Of a stretch of 64,000 bases of DNA, positions 42,875 to 55,343 are shown in pieces; the first letter of the stretch is position 1; each line of letters opens with the position of its first letter. Position numbers and translations under genes: made by a program. Source of the stretch: an uncultured Acidobacteriota bacterium (GTDB lineage: Bacteria; Acidobacteriota; Terriglobia; 20CM-2-55-15); contig CAVTWA010000020.1 of assembly GCA_963738025.1 (NCBI GenBank), positions 128,520-192,519 on the forward strand, written 5' to 3'. The notes beneath the pieces are model-generated. The model was not told the DNA's origin, did not search any database, and saw nothing but the letters and a program-made list of their open reading frames with translations.

Positions 42875-43332
42875 AGAGATCCCGACAGCGCGGGTTCACT
42901 CTTATCGAACTGATCGTAACGGTATTCATCATTTCGATATTGGTGGGCCTCGCGCTACCCCTCGCGAGGAATTCAATCAAACGCGAAAAAGAGTTCGAAT
43001 TGAGATCCGCCTTGAGGGAGATCCGTCTCGCAATCGACAAATATAAGGATGCGTCGGACCGCGGCTTCATCATGGTGAAGGTGGACACCGACGGCTATCC
43101 CGAAACGCTGCAAGTCCTTGTCGATGGTGTCCAGATGACCGGTCAGGTGGACAAGAAATTGAAGCTCCTCCGCCGCATTCCCAAAGACCCGATGACGAAT
43201 TCAACCGAGTGGGGGCTCCGCTCAGTTCAGGATGATCCCAAGATGAACTCCTGGGGTGGCCAGGATGTCTTTGACGTATATACAAAATCGGAAGGGACCG
43301 GGTTCGATGGCACGAAGTATAAAGATTGGTAA
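42871..43332 (+). CDS. GspG-like pseudopilin (prepilin-type N-terminal methylation motif)
   Basis: 153 aa with QRGFTLIELIVTVFIISILVGLALP. Its start overlaps the secretin stop (ATGA). Confidence 0.85.
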   Translation: MKRSRQRGFTLIELIVTVFIISILVGLALPLARNSIKREKEFELRSALREIRLAIDKYKDASDRGFIMVKVDTDGYPETLQVLVDGVQMTGQVDKKLKLLRRIPKDPMTNSTEWGLRSVQDDPKMNSWGGQDVFDVYTKSEGTGFDGTKYKDW

Positions 43333-43714
43333 GATCCGGGGATTTTCCCTGCTGGAGTTGATGATCGTCATTACGATCATCGCCATCCTGTCGGCGATCG
43401 CGGTGCCGATGTACCGGGCGACTGTCAGGAATGCAAGAGAGACGATCCTGAAGGACAATCTTCATACGCTCCGCCGCGTTATCGATCAGTACACCGCGGA
43501 CAAGAAAAAGGCGCCGCAGTCCCTGCAAGACCTCGTCGACGCCGGCTATTTCAAGGATCTGCCCCTCGACCCGATCACCAATTCGAATTCAACCTGGCAA
43601 CCAGTCAACGATACCGCGGTCTCGGCACCCGATCAGACTGATAGCGGCATCATGGACGTCCATAGCGGAGCCCCCGGCGTTTCGTCCGAAGGGACGGCCT
43701 ACAATACCTGGTAA
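43307..43714 (+). CDS. GspG-like pseudopilin, second copy
   Basis: MARSIKIGKIRGFSLLELMIVITIIAILSAIAVPMY from the ATG at 43307. The track ORF starts at 43256, inside the previous gene. Confidence 0.8.
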   Translation: MARSIKIGKIRGFSLLELMIVITIIAILSAIAVPMYRATVRNARETILKDNLHTLRRVIDQYTADKKKAPQSLQDLVDAGYFKDLPLDPITNSNSTWQPVNDTAVSAPDQTDSGIMDVHSGAPGVSSEGTAYNTW

Positions 43715-43786
43715 TTCGGGGACGGTCGCCTAAATTACCTGAATTTGAACTGCAATTCAGGTAATTTAGGCAACCGTCCCCGAATT
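43713..43786. repeat. 33-bp inverted repeat (1 mismatch, 8-nt loop); likely bidirectional terminator
   Basis: aattcggggacggtcgcctaaattacctgaatt pairs with aattcaggtaatttaggcaaccgtccccgaatt. It lies between the convergent pseudopilin gene and era. Confidence 0.75.
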
Positions 43787-43796
43787 TTCCCCGTTG

Positions 43797-44678
43797 TTAT
43801 TCGCCGAGCCCCAGGTTCTTCAGCATAGTCTCGTCGTCACGCCACCCCTTCTTCACCTTCACATGCAGCTCGAGAAAGACTTTCCTGCCGAAGAACGACT
43901 CTAATTCCTTCCTTGCTTCGGTGCCGATCTCTTTGAGCTTCTGGCCTCCTTTGCCGATCACAATCGCTTTCTGCGATTCGCGCTCGACGAAGATCGTGGC
44001 CAGGATCCGGTTCAGTTTCTCGTCTTCTTCAAACCGCTCGACAACGACGGCAGTCGAGTAGGGCATCTCCTGCTCAGTCAGCAGAATCAGTTTCTCGCGG
44101 ACCATCTCTCCCGCGATCGTCCTCTCCTGCTGGTCGCTGATTTGATCCGCCGGATAGAACATCGGTCCTTCGGACAGATGTTTGAATATCTGGGCGATCA
44201 AGCTTTCGACGTTTTCGCCCTTGAGCGCGGAAATCGGAATGATCTCCTCAAATTCAGCCGCCTTCGAATACCGCTCGATAATCGGAAGCAATGCCTTCTT
44301 TTGAATCCGATCGAGTTTGTTCAGAAGCAGGAATTTCTTCGTTGAAAGCGGCTTTACAAGTTCGAGGGCGAACTCTTCTCCCCGACCGAACGAAGCGCTG
44401 GCGTCAACGATCAGTAAGACGAGATCCACGTCGCTCATCGAAGCGCGAACGGACTTCATCATCCGCTCATTCATCCGATGGACCGGTTTGTGAATGCCGG
44501 GTGTGTCGAGGAATGTGATCTGTCCCTCGGGTCTGGTCACGATACCGCGGACGACGTGACGGGTCGTTTGTGGTTTATCGGTGACGATCGAAACTTTTTC
44601 GCCGACAAGCCGGTTCAAGAGAGTCGACTTGCCGGAGTTCGGCCGGCCGATGATCGAGACAAAGCCCGATTTACTCAT
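43797..44678 (-). CDS. era: GTPase Era
   Basis: 293 aa. Contains GRPNSGKSTLLN, DTPG, NKLD and a C-terminal KH domain. Confidence 0.95.
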   Translation of the reverse strand: MSKSGFVSIIGRPNSGKSTLLNRLVGEKVSIVTDKPQTTRHVVRGIVTRPEGQITFLDTPGIHKPVHRMNERMMKSVRASMSDVDLVLLIVDASASFGRGEEFALELVKPLSTKKFLLLNKLDRIQKKALLPIIERYSKAAEFEEIIPISALKGENVESLIAQIFKHLSEGPMFYPADQISDQQERTIAGEMVREKLILLTEQEMPYSTAVVVERFEEDEKLNRILATIFVERESQKAIVIGKGGQKLKEIGTEARKELESFFGRKVFLELHVKVKKGWRDDETMLKNLGLGE

Positions 44679-45945
44679 TCGTCTTGGGTACCAATGTTTT
44701 CAAACGTAAGCGTTGAATGCGGCGGCGATCCGCATCGAGGACTTCGATCTCGACCCCGCCATGCTCGATCTTCTCTCCAGCAGAAGGCAACCGGCCGAAC
44801 AACTCCACTACAGCGCCCGCAACTGTCGTGCAGTCCGTATTGGCAACCAGCGGAACGCCAAGCTTCTCTTCGAGGGCACTGAGTTCAATGCTGCCGGGAA
44901 CGATGAACACGCCTTTACGTTCTTCGACTATTTTATCGGTATCTTTTTCCAGTTCGTCGTGGATCTCGCCGACGATTTCTTCGACCAGGTCTTCCATCGT
45001 AATCAGCCCTGAGATGCCGCCGTACTCATCCACCACCAGCACCATGTGGTCACCTTTTTCCTTCATCTCCTGCAGAAGGTCATCCACCGGTTTCGTTTCA
45101 GGCACGAAGTGGACGGACTTGATGAGGGACCGCAAATTATCCAGTTTGTCGCCGCGCTGCCAGACACGGAGCAGATCCCTTTCGTGCACGACTCCTTCAA
45201 TGTTATCGAGGTCGTCGCGATAGACCGGAATGCGGGCATGGCGTGTCGAGACTACAACCTGCAGCAGTTTATCCACGGTCGAATTGAAATCGACCGCCAC
45301 AATCTGGGTGCGCGGCGTCATCACCTCTCTGGCAACCTTGTCGCGGAAGTGCACGATCGATTGGATCATCTCGCCTGCGTCCTGCTCGAGAATCCCTTCT
45401 TCCTGCCCTGCGTCGATGAAGGCCTGGATCTCCTCCTCCGAGGTCTCCTCTTCCTTGGCGGGTTCGATGTCTTCTTCCCAGCGCTGAAAGTACTTCAGGG
45501 CTGAGCTCAAGGGCAAAGACACCGGACGTATCACGACGTGGACAATCTCGAAAATCGGAAAAAGGCGCAGCAGAATCATCTCGGGGCTTCTCATCGTCAG
45601 AATGCGCGGCAGCAAGTGGCGGAAAACAACGAGAACGAACATCATCACGACGACGGTGCCGATCAGCGGCACGGCACTCCCGATGGTCCTGACCCGGAAG
45701 AAATTGAACACGAAAATGGAACCCAGCACGAGGACGAGTTGAATGACGAGATGAAGCGATGTCATCACCTCTGCCCGGTTTTCCAGCATCGCAGCGAGAA
45801 GCGGCGCCGCTTTGGCCCGTGGGTGATCGAACAGCCGGCGGATCGAGACTTTATTTACGGTGGTAAATGCCGCATCGATGGTGGATGTGACCAGCAACCC
45901 AAGAACAAAGAGGAAGCCAATGAGAAACTCGGTTCCAGTTAGCAT
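44671..45945 (-). CDS. Hemolysin/CorC-family protein (DUF21 + CBS pair + CorC_HlyC)
   Basis: 424 aa. Four N-terminal TM segments, CBS region (AREVMTPRTQIVAV...), and a C-terminal transporter-associated domain. Confidence 0.9.
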   Translation of the reverse strand: MLTGTEFLIGFLFVLGLLVTSTIDAAFTTVNKVSIRRLFDHPRAKAAPLLAAMLENRAEVMTSLHLVIQLVLVLGSIFVFNFFRVRTIGSAVPLIGTVVVMMFVLVVFRHLLPRILTMRSPEMILLRLFPIFEIVHVVIRPVSLPLSSALKYFQRWEEDIEPAKEEETSEEEIQAFIDAGQEEGILEQDAGEMIQSIVHFRDKVAREVMTPRTQIVAVDFNSTVDKLLQVVVSTRHARIPVYRDDLDNIEGVVHERDLLRVWQRGDKLDNLRSLIKSVHFVPETKPVDDLLQEMKEKGDHMVLVVDEYGGISGLITMEDLVEEIVGEIHDELEKDTDKIVEERKGVFIVPGSIELSALEEKLGVPLVANTDCTTVAGAVVELFGRLPSAGEKIEHGGVEIEVLDADRRRIQRLRLKTLVPKTNE

Positions 45946-46361
45946 TGAAATCTTCGCCGCAAGCGGCGTTCGATTGCTCTCATTTCCCCGTTGTCGGTTT
46001 CGTGATCGTATCCCATCAAGTGCAGCAGTCCGTGAACGATCAGACGATGAATATTGGCCTGAAAAGTAAGCTTTCGTGCTTTACGAACCTGATTATATGC
46101 GGTCTCCGATGAGATAAGAATATCGCCCAGGTAACCTGCTTCGCCCTCAAATGAAAGGACATCTGTAGATTTGTCGTAGCCTCGATACGTCCGGTTAAAC
46201 CGCCGCATTGCCGGATCCGTTATGAACACGATCGCGAATGGCCGATGCTCGATCTCGATCTCTTGAACCAGCCGCGAAACAAATTGGCGTAATTCTCGTC
46301 CATCGATCGCATGCTGCCGCTGCTTGTTCAGAATGACGAAGGCTTCAGCCCGTCTGGCCAT
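45939..46361 (-). CDS. ybeY: rRNA maturation endoribonuclease YbeY
   Basis: Zinc motif [12 protein letters not shown] use the start [13 protein letters not shown] (ATG at 46361), which overlaps the phoH end. The track ORF extends to 46463. Confidence 0.9.
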   Translation of the reverse strand: MARRAEAFVILNKQRQHAIDGRELRQFVSRLVQEIEIEHRPFAIVFITDPAMRRFNRTYRGYDKSTDVLSFEGEAGYLGDILISSETAYNQVRKARKLTFQANIHRLIVHGLLHLMGYDHETDNGEMRAIERRLRRRFQC

Positions 46362-47358
46362 CCGGCTGCCCGAACTGGAGTGGCTGCTGGCGCGCAGCGT
46401 TCTGCGCGCTGTAAGACTCATAGGCACGAACGATGCGTTGCACCAGTGGATGACGAACCACATCCCTCTCGTTGAAATGAATAAAAGAAATCCCTTCCAC
46501 GCCCGAGATGACGTTTCGCGCCTCGATCAGACCCGACATCTTACCGATTGGAAGATCCACCTGCGTGACGTCTCCGGTAATCACGGCTTTGCTGCCATAA
46601 CCAATCCGGGTCAGAAACATTTTCATCTGTTCCGGCGTCGTATTCTGCGCCTCATCGAGAATGACAAACGAATCATTGAGCGTTCTGCCCCTCATGAACG
46701 CGATCGGCGCGATTTCGATAACGCCCCGTTCGAGATGGCGGTCGACCCGTTCCACATCCAGCATGTCGTAAAGCGCGTCGTAAAGAGGCTTCAGATACGG
46801 ATCGATCTTCTCCTGCAGCGTGCCCGGCAAAAAACCCAGCCGCTCGCCTGCCTCAACGGCGGGTCGCGTCAAGACAATCCGGCTGATTTTTTTATCGATC
46901 AATGCGCGAACGGCCATACTGACGGCAAGGTAGGTCTTTCCGGTACCGGCGGGACCGATCCCAAAGACCATGTCGTGTTTTTCGATCGCCTCGATGTAAA
47001 GCTTCTGGTTGAGCGTCTTGGGCGTGACGTTACGTTTTCCGACCTGCAGATTCTTGACGCTTGAAACGACACCGCGCAGGCTCTGCGAAGCATCCTCCGA
47101 AATGATCCGGATGATCGACTTCAAATCGCCGTTAGCGAACTTCACCCCTTCCGAACGGAGCTGCGCATAATCCTGCACAAGCCGTTCGACGAGCTCGACA
47201 TTGCTATCTTCGCCGTCAATGGTCAGATTGCTCTCACCGTCGATGTGAACCTGGACTTTAAGGAGGGATTCGAGATACTTGATATTACCGTCGTGCGTTC
47301 CAAAAAATTCGGCGACCCCGTCGCCGATCCGAATACTTTTCTTCATCCTGCCTTTCAA
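46345..47358 (-). CDS. phoH: PhoH-family ATPase
   Basis: 337 aa with Walker [13 protein letters not shown] and the conserved phoH-ybeY-corC-era gene order. Confidence 0.93.
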   Translation of the reverse strand: MKGRMKKSIRIGDGVAEFFGTHDGNIKYLESLLKVQVHIDGESNLTIDGEDSNVELVERLVQDYAQLRSEGVKFANGDLKSIIRIISEDASQSLRGVVSSVKNLQVGKRNVTPKTLNQKLYIEAIEKHDMVFGIGPAGTGKTYLAVSMAVRALIDKKISRIVLTRPAVEAGERLGFLPGTLQEKIDPYLKPLYDALYDMLDVERVDRHLERGVIEIAPIAFMRGRTLNDSFVILDEAQNTTPEQMKMFLTRIGYGSKAVITGDVTQVDLPIGKMSGLIEARNVISGVEGISFIHFNERDVVRHPLVQRIVRAYESYSAQNAARQQPLQFGQPDGQTG

Positions 47359-47420
47359 AACCTGAGGTCATTATAACATGTGTTATCATTGAGGTTTTTG
47401 AAGGCGTAAGAGGAGAGTAC

Positions 47421-47693
47421 ATGGCAAACCACCCATCCGCGTTGAAGCGGTATCGACAGAGCCAGCGACGGCGCCTCATCAATCAGATGAATCGGCATCG
47501 GCTGAAAACACAATTAAAGAAGCTTCGCGCAGCGATCACGTCCGGCAAAGCCGCGGACGCGAAGACGCTTTTGCCCGAAACATTCGGCGCCATCGATCGA
47601 TCGGTCCAGAAGGGCGTGATCAAAAGGAATACCGCAAAGCGCTACAAGTCCCGGCTCGCAAAGCGCATCAGCGCGATTCCCGCGGCCGCGTAA
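47421..47693 (+). CDS. rpsT: 30S ribosomal protein S20
   Basis: 90 aa. MANHPSALKRYRQSQRRRLINQMNRHRLKT... is the typical S20 N-terminus. Confidence 0.95.
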   Translation: MANHPSALKRYRQSQRRRLINQMNRHRLKTQLKKLRAAITSGKAADAKTLLPETFGAIDRSVQKGVIKRNTAKRYKSRLAKRISAIPAAA

Positions 47694-47702
47694 AAGGGTA
47701 TT

Positions 47703-48007
47703 GTAGGCGCGGTCTATGACCAGCTTGTCCAAGACAGAATGGACGCGGAGCCGCAAAGTAAGTGGATGCGATGTACACCTGGTTTGGCATTCCCCGCCTA
47801 AGTTAGGCGGGGTGCCTTCGCGCAGCGAAGGCGGGGCGGTCTGTTCAAAGATCGCGCGGAGCGCGCACCTTATAAATGGCCGCGAAGCGCTCCTTATCAA
47901 TCGGTGCGCTTCGCGAGGGCATCCCCGCCTTACTAAGGCGGGGACTGGCAGACACCAACCGCGGCATCCATTCTTGCTTTGGACAGCTCTGGTCTATGAC
48001 CGCGCGC
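47703..48007. mobile_element. Composite palindromic element: REP half-sites plus about 27-bp inverted flanks, enclosing a second MITE-like element
   Basis: Left end: gtaggcgcggtctatgacc-agcttgtccaagacagaatggacgcgg (47703-47748). Right end: ccgcggcatccattcttgctttggacagct-ctggtctatgaccgcgcgc (47959-48007). These are inverted copies of each other. Element B (47790-47944) lies between them. Confidence 0.6.
47790..47944. mobile_element. MITE-like palindromic element, copy B (155 bp), opposite orientation to copy A
   Basis: tccccgcctaagttaggcggggtgccttcgcgcagcgaaggcggggcggtctgttcaaag...tccccgccttactaaggcgggga. It is near-identical over its first ~115 nt to the reverse complement of 23856-24061. 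Confidence 0.7.
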
Positions 48008-48027
48008 TTTATCTGGAATCAACGAAA

Positions 48028-48052
48028 TAGGCGCAGTCATAGACCGCGTCTA
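48028..48052. repeat. Imperfect copy of the GGCGCGGTCTAT palindrome family
   Basis: taggcgcagtcatagaccgcgtcta. The holA stop codon (48050-48052) lies inside it. Confidence 0.5.
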
Positions 48053-49006
48053 CAATCCGATTAATTTCCACAGCATCACGTCGAAATAACCCTCGGGATT
48101 CGGTGTCGACGTTTTAAAAGCGCGATCCGCGCTCAGCAGCAGGCGAAATCCGGCGGCAAGCTGCTTCCATTCGAATTTCTTGCAGGAGGCGGTGAACTCC
48201 GCCGCCTTCCAGAACGGAGCCCCCGCCGCTGCTGCGACGTCTTTGGCGCTTGTCTTTCCCACCAGGGATTTCCCAACAAACAACTGCCGCCAGATCCGGA
48301 CGATCCGGGAAAGCACCATAAGCGGTTCCCCACCCCCGTCCAGCATGGTCCCGATCACCAGAACCGCTTTCTTGTAGTCGCGCGCCAATAAGGCATCGTC
48401 CAGCTCATAGGGACCAAACTGCTCTGAACGCAGAATCAGAATATCCACATCGCGGACATCGACCGGACGCGTTCCCCCGGTGTAGGTCTGCAGTTTTTGC
48501 ATTTCGCTGTGGAGCTGGTAAAGATCCGTTCCGACACTGTCGACAATGTGCCGCGCCACCTCCGGCGCAAGCTTGTATCTTTCGATGAGCCAGCGTGCGA
48601 CGTCTGCAGCTTTCAGCGGATCGATTTCGATGATCGGGAAGAGCTTCGCCCATGCATCGACCGATTTCCTGGACGCGGCAGCAAGCACGATCTTCAGTGA
48701 GGCGTTCGGTATGGCCTGCAGTGCCGCAAGATGCTCGAGACGGCTCTTCGTAACCTTTTCCGCATTCGCAACGATCAAAACCCTGTTCTGAGTAAATAAG
48801 GACGGGGTCAGTGCATCATCCATCAAACGCTCTGCGGGAATCTCTTCAAATTCTTTGGCCACGTATTTTTCGAAGACCCAGTCGCCGGTGAAAATTCGAC
48901 TCCACACCGGCCTGGACTCTTCGAGCAGGAAGTCGTCCTCGCAGATGAAGCCGAAAACATTCGCTGCCTGCTTCGGCTGATATTGCGTGAATTCAGAAAA
49001 CCTCAT
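48050..49006 (-). CDS. holA: DNA polymerase III subunit delta
   Basis: 318 aa with length and helix pattern consistent with HolA. It is coupled to the upstream lipoprotein (overlap 49003-49006), matching the conserved lptE-holA arrangement. Confidence 0.85.
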   Translation of the reverse strand: MRFSEFTQYQPKQAANVFGFICEDDFLLEESRPVWSRIFTGDWVFEKYVAKEFEEIPAERLMDDALTPSLFTQNRVLIVANAEKVTKSRLEHLAALQAIPNASLKIVLAAASRKSVDAWAKLFPIIEIDPLKAADVARWLIERYKLAPEVARHIVDSVGTDLYQLHSEMQKLQTYTGGTRPVDVRDVDILILRSEQFGPYELDDALLARDYKKAVLVIGTMLDGGGEPLMVLSRIVRIWRQLFVGKSLVGKTSAKDVAAAAGAPFWKAAEFTASCKKFEWKQLAAGFRLLLSADRAFKTSTPNPEGYFDVMLWKLIGL

Positions 49007-49599
49007 GGCGTTGTTTTGGCGTGCATCAACGATGCGACAAGCGATGATGAAAAACGGCGAGCCAGGCGCTCCTGCGCAAAGACATCTTCAGGTACGAACT
49101 CACTGGAAGTCTGTGCAAGTTCGAATACGTCCCGGAAAGTAAATCGATCATTTCGAAAGAGTTCCTTACCTGATTTTTTGTCGGTTACCACCACTTTCAT
49201 ATCCACCAGGATGCTGTAGGCGGAACCGCGTCCCTGCTGATCAAAGATGACCGGAACCGCAACAACGCTCAATACTTCACCGGTCATGAGAACGTCTCCG
49301 GTTTCCCCGGCAGTGACGGTATATCGTGTACGCCGGATCAACTCCTGGCGAACAGCCTCGGAAAGCCGCTGTTCGATGCGATAAGTCGTCGTCTTGTTCG
49401 CGAAAGTCGGAACTGCGATAGTCTGTCCTTGCCCCGCGTTGAAGTTCTTGTTGGCGAGCCGGTAGCCGCAGCCGGAAAGAAGAGACAGGAACAGGATCGT
49501 GTAAGCGCGGGCTTTACGCCCGCGTTCAAATACCGACAGAAGAATTTGTTGATGGTGCTTGAACGCGGGTGTAAAGCCCGCGCCTACATTCCTTCCCAC
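49003..49599 (-). CDS. lptE: LPS-assembly lipoprotein LptE-like
   Basis: Lipobox LLSGCGY, then ...QTIAVPTFANKTTTYRIEQRLSEAVRQELI..., typical of LptE. The only canonical ATG (49599) adds about 30 codons that translate the palindromic repeat, so the true start is uncertain. Confidence 0.7.
   Translation of the reverse strand: MGRNVGAGFTPAFKHHQQILLSVFERGRKARAYTILFLSLLSGCGYRLANKNFNAGQGQTIAVPTFANKTTTYRIEQRLSEAVRQELIRRTRYTVTAGETGDVLMTGEVLSVVAVPVIFDQQGRGSAYSILVDMKVVVTDKKSGKELFRNDRFTFRDVFELAQTSSEFVPEDVFAQERLARRFSSSLVASLMHAKTTP
49501..49587. repeat. Inverted pair of 29-bp REP-like units (2 mismatches, 29-bp spacer)
   Basis: gtaagcgcgggctttacgcccgcgttcaa (49501-49529) pairs with ttgaacgcgggtgtaaagcccgcgcctac (49559-49587). 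Each unit contains its own small hairpin, gcgggc-ttta-cgcccgc. Confidence 0.75.
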
Positions 49600-49606
49600 G
49601 CCCCGT

Positions 49607-52688
<3,082 letters not shown>

Positions 52689-52710
52689 ACCACTTCAGGT
52701 TGTGGGAAGC

Positions 52711-53454
52711 ATGAAAAACCGAACACGAGCAGCAGAGCAGACGCGAGAGTTGCGAGTTCTTGTGCCTATGGTGCTTCTCGTGTTCCTGTTCCCGGCTTCC
52801 TCTCAGGCCGAGAACAAGATTCAAGCCTTCGTCAGCCCTGCCGGAAAAGTGGTCTTCACGAATTTAGTGGATAACACGCCGCAGCCTCCACTCCCCGTTC
52901 TTGCTCCGACGACGGATCGTCTTGCCGATGAGGTGCCCGTCTCTCTACGAAATCTGGTGGACACGATTTCAACGAATCACGGCGTGGATCCGGCGTTGGT
53001 TCGGGCTGTAATTAAAACCGAATCGAACTTCAACCGGTTCGCTGTTTCGAATAAAGGCGCGCTGGGTTTGATGCAGTTGATTCCGGATACCGGTAGACGA
53101 TATGGCGTACGTGACTTCTTTGATCCTGAGCAGAACGTCGACGGCGGGGTCCGCTATCTGAGGTTCCTGCTCGAAAAGTTCAACGGAAACCTGGATCTCT
53201 CACTGGCTGCGTACAACGCGGGAGAAAACCTCGTCGAAAGACTGGGGCGAATTCCGCCGATTCCTGAAACGACGAGTTACGTCCGCCGGGTCCGATCCAT
53301 GTACAAACAGAAGGCCGCCCCTCTTCTTGCTCCGCCGGCGCAGGCGATTGCGGCGAAAAGTGCGAGCGAACCTGAACCGCCACAACGAATTTTCAAGGTG
53401 GTAGACGAACGCGGAGTGGTGCACTTCTCAAATGTCGAACCAAACAATCATTGA
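52711..53454 (+). CDS. Lytic transglycosylase (SLT domain) flanked by DUF4124-like segments
   Basis: Start MKNRTR... with a signal sequence. SLT core VIKTESNFNRFAVSNKGALGLMQLIPDT...AAYNAGENLV. The VVFTN and VVHFSN motifs lie near the two ends. Confidence 0.85.
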   Translation: MKNRTRAAEQTRELRVLVPMVLLVFLFPASSQAENKIQAFVSPAGKVVFTNLVDNTPQPPLPVLAPTTDRLADEVPVSLRNLVDTISTNHGVDPALVRAVIKTESNFNRFAVSNKGALGLMQLIPDTGRRYGVRDFFDPEQNVDGGVRYLRFLLEKFNGNLDLSLAAYNAGENLVERLGRIPPIPETTSYVRRVRSMYKQKAAPLLAPPAQAIAAKSASEPEPPQRIFKVVDERGVVHFSNVEPNNH

Positions 53455-53536
53455 TGAGCGGAGCGAGCGAAAGCGCAAGGCCGCTAGGCCGCAGCCGTGA
53501 ACAATCCCAAGCCCGCTGGGGCAAAACCGGTAACTG

Positions 53537-55261
53537 ATGCGAATTAACGCAGTTCTACTCACTGCGCTCCTGTCTGTTTCCACCTTCGCCGCACCACAAG
53601 CGCAAAACTCTCCCCTGCTGCAAAAAGCTCGCCAGGCTTACACTGCCGCGCAAGCCATGGAAGCCACCCTCAATGAAAAACCCGAAGGTCAACGAACAAG
53701 AGCGGAATACCTGAAGGTCATCAACGCGTATCAACGAACCTACATCATCACCCCTCACACGGGCTTTGCCGACGACGCATTGATGAGCATTGCGCGGCTC
53801 TACGAGCAGATAAAAGCGAATGCCGACGCGGTCAAAACGCTGAAATACATGATTCGTGAATACCCGGCGACGCCGTTCAAAGATGCGGCCGAAAAGGATA
53901 TTGCACGCCTCAACGGCGTTACCACGATTTCCAGGACGGCATCCGTCGATAACATCCGGTACTGGGAAGCGCAGAATGCCGTCCGGGTCGTCGTCGATGT
54001 CGGCGCGGAAGTCGGTTTTACGCAGGGTGATGCGAAAGGTCCCGATCGCGTTTTCATCGATATTGCACCTGCCCGCTTGAACTCGATGCTCGTTGGAAAG
54101 CAGTGGCCGGTCAAGTCAGGATTGCTGCAACAGATTCGTGTCGGCCAGTACGACGCGTCTACCGTTCGGGTCGTTCTGGATGTCGGCGCCATCGCGCGGG
54201 TGACAAGTCTCTTGCTGCGCGATCCGGATCGCCTGATCATCGACGTTATCGGTAAAGACGTTCCCGGCGTTCCGGCAGTGGCCAGTCCGGACGCAGATAC
54301 CGGGGTCACGGGTGTTGCCGCAACTTCTGCGGCGCCTGCAAACGACTCGGCAACACTATCCGCACCGCCGCAGCCTTCGGTACCTGCTCCGGCGAAGGCC
54401 GCTGCCAAAACCACGACGACGCCCCCGGCAGCAGCAGCGAAGAAGACTGCCGACGCCAAGCCGGCACCCAGTGCTCCATCTGCCGACAAACTGGCCGGTA
54501 AAGTGATTGTTCCGGCAAAAGCAACGAACACGGGAGCCCGATCGCTGGTGCGAAGCCTCGGTTTGAAGCTGTCCCGCGTTGTGATCGACGCCGGACATGG
54601 CGGCCACGATACCGGCACCATTGGACCAGGCGGATATACTGAAAAGGAACTGGTCCTCGATGTCGCCAACAGGTTGAAAGCCCTGATTGAGAATGAACTC
54701 GGCGCCGAGGTCGTGATGACCAGGAGTGACGACAGCTTTGTGGCGCTCGAGAACCGGACCGCTATCGCCAATCAGCAGCAGGCCGACCTCTTTATATCGA
54801 TTCACGCCAATTCGAGCCGCGTCCGCTCCGTGCATGGCGTCGAAACGTACTATTTGAACTTCACCTCTTCGCGGGAGGCCCTGGAAACGGCTTCGCGGGA
54901 AAACGCTTCATCCGAGCGTTCGATCCATGAACTGCAGGATCTGGTAAAAAAGATCATGCTTCGCGACAAAGTGGACGAATCGCGCGAACTGGCGCAACAC
55001 ATCGAACACTCTCTTGCGGTCCGTAAGGGGTCCGGGCTCGACCGTGGCGTCAAGCAAGCGCCGTTTGTGGTGCTCATCGGCGCCAACATGCCGTCGATCC
55101 TTTCCGAAATCTGCTTTATCAGCAATCCTCAAGATGAAAAAAATGTCAAGAACCCGGAAACCCGGCAGGCGATTGCCGAGTCTCTGTTCGACGGTGTAAG
55201 ATCTTACGCAGAGTCTTTAAGCGGAACCAAGACCGCGAAAGCCCAAGACAAAGAAAATTAA
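53537..55261 (+). CDS. N-acetylmuramoyl-L-alanine amidase (TPR-like N-terminus + AMIN domains + Amidase_3)
   Basis: 574 aa. AMIN-like segments IRYWEAQNAVRVVVDV and IRVGQYDASTVRVVLDV, an Ala/Pro linker, and catalytic VVIDAGHGGHDTG...SIHANS. Confidence 0.9.
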   Translation: MRINAVLLTALLSVSTFAAPQAQNSPLLQKARQAYTAAQAMEATLNEKPEGQRTRAEYLKVINAYQRTYIITPHTGFADDALMSIARLYEQIKANADAVKTLKYMIREYPATPFKDAAEKDIARLNGVTTISRTASVDNIRYWEAQNAVRVVVDVGAEVGFTQGDAKGPDRVFIDIAPARLNSMLVGKQWPVKSGLLQQIRVGQYDASTVRVVLDVGAIARVTSLLLRDPDRLIIDVIGKDVPGVPAVASPDADTGVTGVAATSAAPANDSATLSAPPQPSVPAPAKAAAKTTTTPPAAAAKKTADAKPAPSAPSADKLAGKVIVPAKATNTGARSLVRSLGLKLSRVVIDAGHGGHDTGTIGPGGYTEKELVLDVANRLKALIENELGAEVVMTRSDDSFVALENRTAIANQQQADLFISIHANSSRVRSVHGVETYYLNFTSSREALETASRENASSERSIHELQDLVKKIMLRDKVDESRELAQHIEHSLAVRKGSGLDRGVKQAPFVVLIGANMPSILSEICFISNPQDEKNVKNPETRQAIAESLFDGVRSYAESLSGTKTAKAQDKEN

Positions 55262-55281
55262 GGAATTATTGGAGATCGCAG

Positions 55282-55318
55282 CCCGCAGCCTCAGCATTTG
55301 AAATGCTGAGGCTGCGGG
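55282..55318 (+). terminator. Strong hairpin downstream of the amidase gene
   Basis: cccgcagcctcagcattt / aaatgctgaggctgcggg, 15-18 bp. Only a short TT tail follows, so intrinsic-terminator status is tentative. Confidence 0.5.
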
Positions 55319-55343
55319 TTGCAATCACCAATGACTGAAACGC

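Noticed and set aside
43256-43306. Upstream start (43256) for the second pseudopilin
   Set aside because: It would place 17 extra residues before the prepilin leader and lies well inside the previous gene. ATG 43307 gives a normal short leader before GFSLLELM.
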